A stretch of DNA of 44,102 bases. Origin: a virus (lineage: Duplodnaviria > Caudoviricetes). Below, in pieces: positions 29,701 to 37,930 of the stretch. The translations under genes and the position numbers were made by a program. Each line of letters begins with the position of its first letter. Within the stretch, counting starts at the first letter, position 1. Below the pieces are notes generated by a model, which was not told where the DNA came from, ran no database searches, and worked only from the letters and a program-made list of their open reading frames with translations. Location of the stretch: positions 1 through 44,102 of IMG/VR virus record IMGVR_UViG_3300026511_000009; one strand, 5' to 3'.

Positions 29701-32536
29701 TGACGGTACTTTCAACGGAAGGTATGTAACAATAATAGGTGAGCAATACTGGGCTATACAAAATGAACTTAGAAGTAAGTTATATGATAATGAAGGTACA
29801 CCCTATCAATATAGAGATGTATTTGATTTAGAAACTGCAAGTCAAGAAGATATAGATTACAATATAAATCTAGCTGCAAATAAACAAGCATACGGAGACT
29901 TCTATATAGCAGAAGAAAAAAGAGAGGATGGATCATTACGTCCATCTGGAATGTATCATAAGTATACTCAAGAGTTTATAGATGCTAGAAATAAACATGA
30001 AGTATGGATGCCCGGTTCTGAAAGTAATAAACGGGGTATCTGGGTACATAATAAAAGTGCTGTATCAGATGCTGAGTATGCAGTATTTGTTGCAAGATAT
30101 TATGAACCAATAGAATATACTAAAGCTGTTAGAATTAATGGTGTAGTAACAGGACAGATTATACGAGATCGTCAAGGTATGATGGTTCCTAAAGTAGAGT
30201 TTAGAGAAGTATTATTAACTACACTTGATGGACGCAACATGAAAAATCCAAAATATGACGCTATAATGAGTGGTACAGATGCAAAGTCTGTAGCTGAAAG
30301 AGAGTTTTATAATTTGTATATTAAAATGTATGAAAAAGAATTATTAAATAAAATTCCTATTGGTCAAAGAGCAAATATGCTTGGTAGAGTTCCTTTAGTA
30401 CAGAATAAATTGATGAATGAAATTAAAGATAAGGGTACTATATTTACTAAGTTATACGCTAGTATGACTGAAAGTAAAGTCTGGAATATGTTTCAGCAAA
30501 CATCAACTCAAAAAAATGTTATATTAGATAATCAAGGTTATATAATAGATCAAGTACCTGTATATTATACAGGTAGACCTAGGTTAGATAATGATATTGC
30601 TGATCTTCAAAAAGAAATAGATCTTTTAAAATCAAGGTATAAAAAGAATGATATTCAAGATCAGAGATATAATAAAGAAATAGCGTTACTAAATGGTAAA
30701 ATGGTAAGGTTAAGAGCAACACCAAGTAGAGGTCAAGTTAGTACAGACATGGCGTCTAGTTTACTTAAGTTTAGTGCTATGGCGCAGAACTATGAAACAA
30801 TGGGTGCTGTAGATGATACGTTAAAAGCTTTTGTAAAAGTAATAGAGCAAAGAACTTATACTCCTGCTCCTGGGTTAAGACTAAATCTAAAGGCAAAAAT
30901 AAAAGATAAAGTTGCTGAAAATCTAGGAACTAAAGCAAATACAAGTACACAAGAAAAAAATGTAGTACGTAGAGCTAAGAAGTTTATGTCTATGATTCAT
31001 TATGACAATGAAAATATCACACAAGGCGCTTGGGATAAAATTGCAGGTGGTATTATGCAAATGTCTTCTTTATCATATGTAGCATTTAATCCATTTGGTA
31101 ACTTTAATAATTACTTGATTGGTAGGATTAACAACAATATTGAATCTATAGGTGGTAGATTTTATTCTCAAAGTGCTTTTAAAAGAGCAACTTGGGAATA
31201 TAATAAAAGAGCAATACCATCATTAGTTTATAGAACTGCACATGGTGGTGCAGAAGATTTTATTGACGTAGCAACATTTGGTATAATACCTGGGTTAGCT
31301 AAAGCTGACTATAATAAAAAATTACCTAACAGCAAGTACGAGGCATTTGTAGATATGTTCAGAATGATGGATAGCATGTCTGATATACGTGAACAAAGTT
31401 CAGATACGAAAGATGGTAAAAGTTGGTTTGATAGAGCAACTGAGTGGGGTTATATAATGCAGGATGCTGCTGAGTATAATTCTCAAACTAAAGTAGGTAT
31501 GGCTATACTTATGGATACCTATCTTAAGAATACCAAAACAGGTGCGCAGTTATCATTTTATGATGCATTTGAATATGATGCAAAAACAAATAAGAATAAA
31601 ATTAAAGATGGCTTTGATAAATTAATCAAAAAAAATGGACAAGAAGTACCTTATACTGATGATGTTAGATATGAAATGAGAAATGAGATTAGAGAGGTAA
31701 ATAAACAAATACATGGTAATTATTCTAAAGAAGATAGAATTGTTCTTCAGTCAAGTACACTTGGTTCTTTAGCGCTTCAATTTAAAAAATGGTTAGTTCC
31801 AGCAATTAAGGCAAGATATCAAAGGGAATACTTTGATCAAAATTTAGGATGGATGGAAGGCAGATATAAATCTGCATTTTCATTTATAAGTTATGTTAAA
31901 AAAGAACTTGCTCAAGGTAACATAAACTTTAGAACAATGGGTAAAGGATATCTTAATCAACAAGTTAATGAGTATACTAGAGAAAAGTTTGGAGAAGAAG
32001 GAGTAAGAGATTATGGTAAAGGTGGTAATATAGATCAAAGAGCAAAGAATAGATTATTTGGTTTTTATAGAACTATGGGTGACTTGGGTATTATGCTTAG
32101 TACTATGCTTATTTCTTTGGCATTTGATGATATACTATCTGGAGATGATGATGATAGTGATACTGAAAAGAGATTTAAGAATTTAACTAGATATCAAGCA
32201 GATAGAGTATATAAAGAACTTGTGTTATTTATGCCTTCTTTTGCAGGATTTAAACAAGTTGAACAAATGTTTAACTCTCCTGTTGCCGCATCAAGATCAG
32301 TAAATGAGATGTCTGAGGCTTTTGAAATGGTTTTCCTTGGTGGTTTTATATATACAATGGCAAAAGTAACTGGAAAAGAAGAAGCATTTTATGCTAACTC
32401 TAATTATGTATATCAAAAAGGTAAAAGAAAAGGAGAACTAAAGGTATATAAAAACATTAAAGACGTTTTCCCAATACTATATTCTATTCAAAAATGGGAT
32501 TCATACCTTAAGAATTCAGACTTTTATATTAAATAA
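26708..32536 (+). CDS. Large virion/ejected protein with a degenerate zincin-like motif and a PD-(D/E)xK (RecB-like) nuclease domain
   Basis: 1942 aa. EEMLHP at 27383-27400. SVTT...GTAD (28331)...MDLKT (about 28380)...QVNLY form the RecB-family signature. C-terminal hydrophobic helix LGIMLSTMLISLAF. Confidence 0.75.
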   Translation: MAKCYNRNDPGYQALKDEFGTNLRTSKIINDWQRVNDSDVFPSVVQAQTMVKDQNIAFSLKTKAFGESVLDNLRRERIGSNLAGQFLINNSNPNTQSYDEAFLESNLKRFYRYLDINNIPRESFSVTRTPKSYRIEANNDIFSARDILEKSRSWDTNRSRAVVMHLKRMFPQVQVKMLSVAQAKVMYESLPKTKTNNVAFNEVNSFYMDGVAYLIKGRVTDEIAIEEMLHPFIDAIKMDNEELFNSLLDEAVNNFPVLSQQIEDAYNNSTRNFSDTEINIEIVTQALSRHFKKEYETTPTKNFLAKVKEVIEWFKGVIENLNQYITGRDLPVSAIKPSTTLSDVAKLLNTEGIQFKLEKRVDGKLRYSLSPAKLIQIKDALERANDTQKPIIMQLFNVALAENSGMIDSLSASVKNAAAGDSIVTLNKEDHTYINSNDSEKVYTSVTTAIKGKMDPNQQIAHKINLDIGNEVDTLLDGVIANLSFEDSYAALETSNISKEGAKKVFESLQDVLENKIPAELKNGSIILSQVVLFDEASKIAGTADIFIIDKHGKISIMDLKTSKNELSKLKPLNDLKSKRIGNQYREQVYSLGKDSKLVDQYDKKGVLIKKGLIQELTTEVQHNLQVNLYKRMAENMGYEVSYDEWATSTVHFKVGITGTGTEQVFDGSVEFDGWYPHPVGENIPYVNAIVPEAINSYQKSKLEQDQEGTYNKIWNGKDQKDETTEEDKKAAENYEEYSTAAGVLSKYQEALIQKRDMIPLLKSNIYMESTKENEIDQISKTIAYINLAMASDDKSISIALSEVLQDALAQVKDFRSYVENPKNINSPEYVSYVLNFDKYMKTFEGLFILKDLKGLNKTQKNLILSLQQQLNLLSGAGTDTGGIVGTALKDYVKEIVRLKSSNDYGGKNSLFTEKDLELLMEKAADISDAQYLVDDIATSGDVLLSVMDKIRKAQNQKLLDLVGQRETVIRAAGQKLAKLSPELKLDELYKFMLEYDADGTFNGRYVTIIGEQYWAIQNELRSKLYDNEGTPYQYRDVFDLETASQEDIDYNINLAANKQAYGDFYIAEEKREDGSLRPSGMYHKYTQEFIDARNKHEVWMPGSESNKRGIWVHNKSAVSDAEYAVFVARYYEPIEYTKAVRINGVVTGQIIRDRQGMMVPKVEFREVLLTTLDGRNMKNPKYDAIMSGTDAKSVAEREFYNLYIKMYEKELLNKIPIGQRANMLGRVPLVQNKLMNEIKDKGTIFTKLYASMTESKVWNMFQQTSTQKNVILDNQGYIIDQVPVYYTGRPRLDNDIADLQKEIDLLKSRYKKNDIQDQRYNKEIALLNGKMVRLRATPSRGQVSTDMASSLLKFSAMAQNYETMGAVDDTLKAFVKVIEQRTYTPAPGLRLNLKAKIKDKVAENLGTKANTSTQEKNVVRRAKKFMSMIHYDNENITQGAWDKIAGGIMQMSSLSYVAFNPFGNFNNYLIGRINNNIESIGGRFYSQSAFKRATWEYNKRAIPSLVYRTAHGGAEDFIDVATFGIIPGLAKADYNKKLPNSKYEAFVDMFRMMDSMSDIREQSSDTKDGKSWFDRATEWGYIMQDAAEYNSQTKVGMAILMDTYLKNTKTGAQLSFYDAFEYDAKTNKNKIKDGFDKLIKKNGQEVPYTDDVRYEMRNEIREVNKQIHGNYSKEDRIVLQSSTLGSLALQFKKWLVPAIKARYQREYFDQNLGWMEGRYKSAFSFISYVKKELAQGNINFRTMGKGYLNQQVNEYTREKFGEEGVRDYGKGGNIDQRAKNRLFGFYRTMGDLGIMLSTMLISLAFDDILSGDDDDSDTEKRFKNLTRYQADRVYKELVLFMPSFAGFKQVEQMFNSPVAASRSVNEMSEAFEMVFLGGFIYTMAKVTGKEEAFYANSNYVYQKGKRKGELKVYKNIKDVFPILYSIQKWDSYLKNSDFYIK

Positions 32537-32557
32537 GACAAATTTGCAGGTTTAATA

Positions 32558-32598
32558 TTAGTCTTAGTCAATTGATATAATTATATTATAGTATAAAC
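32558..32598 (+). promoter_or_regulatory. Putative promoter TTAG-N20-TATATTA upstream of the holin
   Basis: TTAG at 32558-32561, 20-nt spacer, TATATTA at 32582-32588. Same geometry as 4127-4157. Confidence 0.45.
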
Positions 32599-32618
32599 CT
32601 CTAAGTAAAAAATAAAAA

Positions 32619-33032
32619 ATGCAAACTAAAATTACATTAGTGGTACTATCATCATTTTGTACATATCTGTGTACATATTTCTTAAATTTATCAATGGATA
32701 ATATGGAACAATACTTAGCTGTGGTATCTGTATTGTGGTTAGACGGCATATTTGGAATATGGGCAGGTGTAAAAAGAGAAGGCTTTAAAACATATAAAGC
32801 ACTTAAAATAATTAGAAATACAGCTGTGTGGGTTGCTATACTTACTGTAACACTTACTGTAGAAAAAGGATTTACAGGAACATCTTGGTTATCAGAGGTA
32901 GTTATGGTACCTTTTATATCACTTCAGTTAATGAGTGCTCTTAAAAACGCTTCTATGGCAGGTTTAATAAAAGCTGATCAACTTAATAAGATTTTAGATA
33001 TGATTGATAATCATAAAGGATTAAGAAAATAA
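32619..33032 (+). CDS. Putative holin (phage holin 4 / toxin-secretion-type)
   Basis: 137 aa with 3-4 hydrophobic segments, the LDGIFGIWAG and QLMSALKN patterns, and a basic C-terminus. Confidence 0.7.
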   Translation: MQTKITLVVLSSFCTYLCTYFLNLSMDNMEQYLAVVSVLWLDGIFGIWAGVKREGFKTYKALKIIRNTAVWVAILTVTLTVEKGFTGTSWLSEVVMVPFISLQLMSALKNASMAGLIKADQLNKILDMIDNHKGLRK

Positions 33033-33062
33033 AAAGGGGCCAAATAATATGACCCCTCTTTT
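33031..33062 (-). terminator. Rho-independent terminator for nrdA, possibly bidirectional
   Basis: Minus-strand stem AGGGGUCA/UGGCCCCU with a 7-nt loop followed by a U tract. It lies between convergent genes, with T runs on the other side too. Confidence 0.75.
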
Positions 33063-33069
33063 ATAAAGC

Positions 33070-34695
33070 TTATCCTTCACAGGATGAACATTCTAAAATA
33101 TTACGTGCAAAATCTTGAGCCGAACTTTTACTAAACTGATAGTATAATGTTTTAATTCCTTCTTCCCATGCATATAAATACAACTGATTAATTTGCTTAG
33201 CAGATACAGATGGATCAATCATTAAATTTAATGACTGTGATTGATCAATATACTTCTGTCTTTGTGCAGCTTGTAATACTATTTCTTTAGGAGAAATTTC
33301 AACAAAAGATTTAAATACTTCTTTAGTGGGAAAGTCTAGATGTTGTACGCTACCATCTTTTTGTAAAATAGACTTCCAGATTTTATCTGTATTTAAACCA
33401 TGCTTTTCAAGTTCTTTTTCTAAGAATGGGTTTCTATATATAGTTTTAGATTTAGCCAGATCTTTAATGAAATAGTTAGACTTAATAGGTTCTATACCCA
33501 TAGACACAGCACCATGTATAAATGAACTAGACTTAGTAGGTGCAACAGCAATAAGAGTGGTGTTAGCATATCCTTCTCTAAGACATGTGTAGTTATACTG
33601 ATTATGTAATTCTCTTGAGGCAATCTCACTTCTATCTTTAAGCGTTCTAAAGATTTCACTGTTTAGTCCTTTAGCTCTTAAAGAATCAAATTCAAGAAGC
33701 TTAGACTGCAGCAATGAATGATAACCTAAAACACCAAGACCAATTGCTCTATGCTTTTCAGCAAAGTTATAAGCTCTCTTCATACCTGGCATAGTCTCAG
33801 ACTTAATAATAAATTCATCCATCACTGCATTTAAGAAGTATACGTATGTTTCAATTGCGTCAGTTTCTTTTATTTCATCCCAGTGCAATAGATTAATAGA
33901 GCCAAGGCAACATACAAAAGAGTTATAACTATCTGTTGGTAGTTGAATTTCAGAACAAAGATTAGATGCTGTAATTTCCATACCAAGTTCTTTGTAAGGA
34001 GAATTGTTATTAGAGTTGTCTTTAAACATAATATAAGGAAAACCAAATTCACTTCTGTTTTGAATAATCTTAGCCCATATTTTACGCTTAGTTTTATCTC
34101 CCTCTTTCATTTCTTGCATCCATTGGTCACTAACTGTAATTCCATACTGTAAATTTTGTATAGGATTACCTTCTGTACCAATGTCTAAAAACTCTAAAAT
34201 GTCTGCATGTTCAACAGGTAAGTATACTGCACAAGCACCACGTCTAGCTTCAGACTGTTTGCACACATCTACTACTGTATCATATATTTTAGCATAATGC
34301 ACTGGGCCATCAGCAAGTCCTCCCGTTGATATTTCTGACCCTCTTGATCTGATGTTGCCTAAAAAAGCACTTGTGCCTCCGCCATATTTACTCATCATTC
34401 CAATTTCACGTCCTGCATTTAAAATGCTATCTAAGTTATCATCAACGTTAGATCCATAGCAACTAATAGGCAAACCTTTTTGTTTACCAAAATTTATCCA
34501 TACAGGGGTGGATAAAGAATAAAATCCCCTTGACATGTAATCTTCAAACTTTTCAGCAAAGCCCTTAATGTTTAGATATTTTTCAGCTTTAATAGCAATA
34601 TCTTTAATTCTTTGCTCAGGTGATTCTGATATGTAACCTCTTGATAGGAATGTACGACTATTTTCATTTAGCCAATAGTATTTTTTATATATCAT
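33070..34695 (-). CDS. nrdA: Class Ia ribonucleotide reductase alpha subunit (short, no ATP cone)
   Basis: PISC, GGG, NLCSEI, VCCLGS, APTKSSS, KTLYY and a C-terminal CxxC. Confidence 0.97.
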   Translation of the reverse strand: MIYKKYYWLNENSRTFLSRGYISESPEQRIKDIAIKAEKYLNIKGFAEKFEDYMSRGFYSLSTPVWINFGKQKGLPISCYGSNVDDNLDSILNAGREIGMMSKYGGGTSAFLGNIRSRGSEISTGGLADGPVHYAKIYDTVVDVCKQSEARRGACAVYLPVEHADILEFLDIGTEGNPIQNLQYGITVSDQWMQEMKEGDKTKRKIWAKIIQNRSEFGFPYIMFKDNSNNNSPYKELGMEITASNLCSEIQLPTDSYNSFVCCLGSINLLHWDEIKETDAIETYVYFLNAVMDEFIIKSETMPGMKRAYNFAEKHRAIGLGVLGYHSLLQSKLLEFDSLRAKGLNSEIFRTLKDRSEIASRELHNQYNYTCLREGYANTTLIAVAPTKSSSFIHGAVSMGIEPIKSNYFIKDLAKSKTIYRNPFLEKELEKHGLNTDKIWKSILQKDGSVQHLDFPTKEVFKSFVEISPKEIVLQAAQRQKYIDQSQSLNLMIDPSVSAKQINQLYLYAWEEGIKTLYYQFSKSSAQDFARNILECSSCEG

Positions 34696-34717
34696 ATTCT
34701 TTCATATTATATTTAAT

Positions 34718-35218
34718 TTATTTACACACAAGAGTAAAGAAATATTTTAATGACTTTGACTGACCAAATGATTCACCTTCAATAATAACTTTTACTTTTT
34801 CTTTGTTGTTATTGTTTATAAGATTACTAAATTTAATATAGTTTTCATTTGCAAAATACAGACCTCCGCTTTCAGAAGCCATGCAGTCATATGTTTCAAT
34901 ATCACCGTTTTGTCTTTTGACTTTAATTAACCCAAATATAGTTCTATACCCAATAGTTACATTAGGTAAAGAAGAGTACTCATATAAGTTAATTTTTGCT
35001 GCTCCTCCGTAATCTACTACTTTTACAATAAGACTTGCACCACTCTGTGCTGAATTATTAAATTTACCTTCAAAATATCCAACTTTTACTTTATCTCCTG
35101 TTGGATCTCCAAATTCATCTACAACTTCTGAAATTTCCCAATCACCATACGCTATATCTTGCGCATTGATATTAATAACTGTAATAGAAGCTAATAATAA
35201 TAATAATAATGTTTTCAT
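34718..35218 (-). CDS. Hypothetical exported protein with a Sec signal peptide
   Basis: 166 aa. MKTLLLLLLASITVININAQ is a Bacteroidota-style signal ending in A|Q. Confidence 0.7.
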   Translation of the reverse strand: MKTLLLLLLASITVININAQDIAYGDWEISEVVDEFGDPTGDKVKVGYFEGKFNNSAQSGASLIVKVVDYGGAAKINLYEYSSLPNVTIGYRTIFGLIKVKRQNGDIETYDCMASESGGLYFANENYIKFSNLINNNNKEKVKVIIEGESFGQSKSLKYFFTLVCK

Positions 35219-35243
35219 AATAATAATATTTAATAGTTAGTTT

Positions 35244-36224
35244 TTAAAATAGATCATCTTCTGTGATGCTCTTACTCTTTTTATTGTAGTCAACGCTTTT
35301 CTTGTAGAAAAAATCTCCTTCTTTTGTTCCAGTTATCTCTATGTCAAACCATTCTACAGACCTTAGCAGATTTTCATCAACTTCAAATATTGGTTTCATT
35401 CCTATCTTTTCTAAAGAGTTATTAAATCTGTTTTTTATAAAGTGTTGTATTGTATTCTTAGGTAAAAAGTTAAGTTCACCTTTTTCAAAAATCCAATCTA
35501 GTATTCCACACTCAGCTATATAAGCCTTTTTACATGCTGAGTCAATTAAATCTTCAAACTCTACATCAAACCACTCAGGATTTTCCTTCTTTATGATATT
35601 AATAATCTCAGCTCCAAAGTTACCATGTATCTCTTCTTCTTTACTAGTAGCCTCAACAACATTAGATATACCTTTGAATAGGTTCTTTTCTTTATTAAAG
35701 CTCATCATAATCAGAAACTGACTGAATAGACTTACATGTTCTATAAATAAAGAAAACAAAAGTACAGACTTTGTATACATCTTATTATCTCTAGAGCGTG
35801 TACCATCTAGATATTTTTTTAAATACTTAAGTCTACCTTCTATTGCAGGTACTTCAATAACTGATTGAAATTCTTTTTCTAATCCTAAGATTCTTAGTAG
35901 TTTAGCATATGCATCTTTATGTCTTACTTCAGATTCAGCAAATGTAAATCCTACATCACCAACTTCAGTGATAGGCATCCTTTTATATAAGTCACCCCAG
36001 AAAGTCTTTACGTTAACCTCTATCTGAGCAATTGCTAGCATAGTCTTTTTAATAACATCTCTTTCAGCTGGTGTAATAGTTACTTTAAAATCTTGTATAT
36101 CTTCAGTAAAATTAAATTCTGTATCTATCCAATAAGAATGTCTAATTGCATCTTTATATGCTAACAGCTGCGGATATTCATAAGGAAGTATGTTTACTCT
36201 AGGTAAGAAAATGTTTTTATTCAT
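35244..36224 (-). CDS. nrdB: Class Ia ribonucleotide reductase beta subunit
   Basis: Di-iron motifs ESEVRHKDAY and KEEEIH, plus DFFY near the C-terminus. The start is better placed at MNKNIF (36224, 326 aa) than at 36362. Confidence 0.95.
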   Translation of the reverse strand: MNKNIFLPRVNILPYEYPQLLAYKDAIRHSYWIDTEFNFTEDIQDFKVTITPAERDVIKKTMLAIAQIEVNVKTFWGDLYKRMPITEVGDVGFTFAESEVRHKDAYAKLLRILGLEKEFQSVIEVPAIEGRLKYLKKYLDGTRSRDNKMYTKSVLLFSLFIEHVSLFSQFLIMMSFNKEKNLFKGISNVVEATSKEEEIHGNFGAEIINIIKKENPEWFDVEFEDLIDSACKKAYIAECGILDWIFEKGELNFLPKNTIQHFIKNRFNNSLEKIGMKPIFEVDENLLRSVEWFDIEITGTKEGDFFYKKSVDYNKKSKSITEDDLF

Positions 36225-36246
36225 ATTTTTTTTATTATTGAGGATT

Positions 36247-36278
36247 AAAAAGCCACATCTTTGAATAAAAAGTGTGGC
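36247..36278 (-). terminator. Hairpin plus U5 in the nrdB 5' leader (terminator/attenuator-like)
   Basis: Minus strand GCCACACTTT-TTATTC-AAAGATGTGGC-TTTTT, about 23 nt upstream of the nrdB ATG. Confidence 0.45.
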
Positions 36279-36424
36279 CGTTAAGTAATATAATTTACTA
36301 AAAATTACCGATATAGTAAAGGTTATGGCTTTATTTATTAGATATATGCATATATATAACATATAATATTTTATATATTAGCTATAGCAAACTTATCAAA
36401 GATAATATTATTATGTCTTAATCA

Positions 36425-36466
36425 GTTGTTTAAGTGATGCAAAATTTGTATATTATTATTATAACA
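36425..36466 (+). promoter_or_regulatory. Putative promoter GTTG-N20-TATATTA for the second + strand block
   Basis: 36444-36466 is a 21/23 match to 4146-4168. Located in the divergent intergenic region. Confidence 0.5.
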
Positions 36467-36481
36467 GTTTAAATATATATT

Positions 36482-36733
36482 ATGCTTAAAAGAATAGTAA
36501 ATGTCATTTGGACATATAGTTTACAAGATATTTGGAGATCTCTATGGTCTAAAACCGTGGTAGATGAAAAAGCTCAAGAAGTACTTGCAGAAATAGTAAA
36601 AAGGTATAAGCTCACTGCGCAAGAATTAAATGATGTAAGCAAAGCAATCAAAGAAGTAGGTAGTCAATTAGGGCATGTACCTAAAGCAGTTGCTGGTAAA
36701 ACCAGAAAAAGAAAAGCTAAAGAGCCTAAATAA
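36482..36733 (+). CDS. Hypothetical protein, basic C-terminus
   Basis: 83-aa ORF downstream of the putative promoter, TAATG-coupled to the next ORF. Confidence 0.7.
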   Translation: MLKRIVNVIWTYSLQDIWRSLWSKTVVDEKAQEVLAEIVKRYKLTAQELNDVSKAIKEVGSQLGHVPKAVAGKTRKRKAKEPK

Positions 36734-36834
36734 TGAGAACTATTTGTTTATTAATTCAATGGATATCAAGAAACAAAGTTTGTTTAGGTTATTGTCGTAA
36801 AGGACTTTGCTGTAAAACCAAAAGTAAAATATAA
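36733..36834 (+). CDS. 33-aa cationic Cys-rich microprotein (MRTICLLIQWISRNKVCLGYCRKGLCCKTKSKI)
   Basis: Not in the ORF track. TAATG overlaps at both ends fill the gap exactly. Confidence 0.6.
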   Translation: MRTICLLIQWISRNKVCLGYCRKGLCCKTKSKI

Positions 36835-36983
36835 TGGAAGAGGATTGGAAATTAGAGATAGCATTTCATTGGCCACATGATAGACTAGCTTTAGGTTGGG
36901 ATATTATAATGCCAGATGAAGAATATAAATATTCAACAGTAAAACTTTATATGTTATTTATTACTGTTACAATAGACTTTTAA
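36834..36983 (+). CDS. 49-aa microprotein (MEEDWKLEIAFHWPHDRLALGWDIIMPDEEYKYSTVKLYMLFITVTIDF)
   Basis: Not in the ORF track. TAATG-coupled start; stop is 11 nt before the next ATG. Confidence 0.65.
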   Translation: MEEDWKLEIAFHWPHDRLALGWDIIMPDEEYKYSTVKLYMLFITVTIDF

Positions 36984-36994
36984 ATTAAATTAAT

Positions 36995-37210
36995 ATGGGT
37001 AAAGGACGTACTATATTACCAAACCAGAAATTAACAAGGCAAAAAAGTAAACTTTTAATGAGGTCAGGTGGTGAACTAGATGATATGATGCTGGGTTCTG
37101 TTGTTGAAAAAATGCGTAAAGGTGGTAATGCTGAAAGAATAGTAAAAGTTAAGAAAGGCAAAGATAAAAAGCAAAAGTATAAGTTAGGTGGGTGGACTCA
37201 TTCTGATTAA
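36995..37210 (+). CDS. Small basic protein with MRSGG/MRKGG/YKLGG motifs
   Basis: 71 aa, Lys-rich. Confidence 0.7.
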   Translation: MGKGRTILPNQKLTRQKSKLLMRSGGELDDMMLGSVVEKMRKGGNAERIVKVKKGKDKKQKYKLGGWTHSD

Positions 37211-37223
37211 AATTTTTTAAATT

Positions 37224-37685
37224 ATGAGTGATAAACCTAAAAAAAAGTTTAGAAATACCAGAGTAGGTAAGTTTTTAACAAAAAAACTACCTGCTGTACT
37301 TGGTATTGCAGGTGATATTTTACCTGACGCAGGCTTATTAAACAAGATTAAATCTTTAATAGAAAAAGAACCAACTTTATCTAAAGAAGATAAAGAGCAT
37401 GCATTGATGCTTATAGAAATGGATAAGATTGAAATGCAAGAAGTAAGTAAACGCTGGGCATCAGATATGCAAAGTGATTCTTACCTTAGTAAAAATACAA
37501 GACCCATGACATTAATATTTTTAACTGTATCATTAGTTATATTTATTTTGTTAGATGGTTTTAAGATAGACTTCTCTATAGATCCTAGTTGGGTTGATTT
37601 ATTAAAATCACTCCTAATAACGGTTTATATAGCATATTTTGGATCAAGAGGAGCGGAAAAGTTTAAAGCAATTAGTAAAAATTAA
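37224..37685 (+). CDS. Putative holin (GTA holin 3TM-like)
   Basis: RWASDMQSDSYLSKNTRP, two TM helices and AYFGSRGAEK, the typical pattern of this family. Confidence 0.8.
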   Translation: MSDKPKKKFRNTRVGKFLTKKLPAVLGIAGDILPDAGLLNKIKSLIEKEPTLSKEDKEHALMLIEMDKIEMQEVSKRWASDMQSDSYLSKNTRPMTLIFLTVSLVIFILLDGFKIDFSIDPSWVDLLKSLLITVYIAYFGSRGAEKFKAISKN

Positions 37686-37698
37686 AATTAAAAAAGTT

Positions 37699-37911
37699 AT
37701 GTACAAGAAAAAAATGAAAGCTGGAGGTGGATTTACTTATGGCGCAGGAGATGGAGATATGACTCCACAAAAATCAGGAATGGAAATGATGGCTAAAGGT
37801 GGCGGATTAATGGGTTTCATGAAAGGAGGCTCAGTGCTTGATCCTATGATGAAGAAAAAATATGGTGGAAACAAAGGTGATATGAGAAGATCTGCTAAAA
37901 GAGATTATTAA
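37699..37911 (+). CDS. Small basic Met/Lys/Gly-rich protein with MKAGG/MAKGG/MKGG/KYGG motifs
   Basis: Start moved to 37699 (70 aa) to avoid overlap with the holin; A-rich leader. Confidence 0.7.
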   Translation: MYKKKMKAGGGFTYGAGDGDMTPQKSGMEMMAKGGGLMGFMKGGSVLDPMMKKKYGGNKGDMRRSAKRDY

Positions 37912-37930
37912 TATTATTAAATAGATAGTT

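Noticed and set aside
12296-36224. Inteins or group I introns in the vRNAP or RNR genes
   Set aside because: No C/S...HN-C/S/T intein ends or LAGLIDADG/HNH motifs recognised; nrdA and nrdB are compact and continuous.
36225-36362. 46-aa N-terminal extension of NrdB (likewise the upstream starts at 37639 and 38094)
   Set aside because: The extensions run through AT-rich regulatory DNA or overlap upstream genes; the downstream ATGs have typical A-rich leaders.
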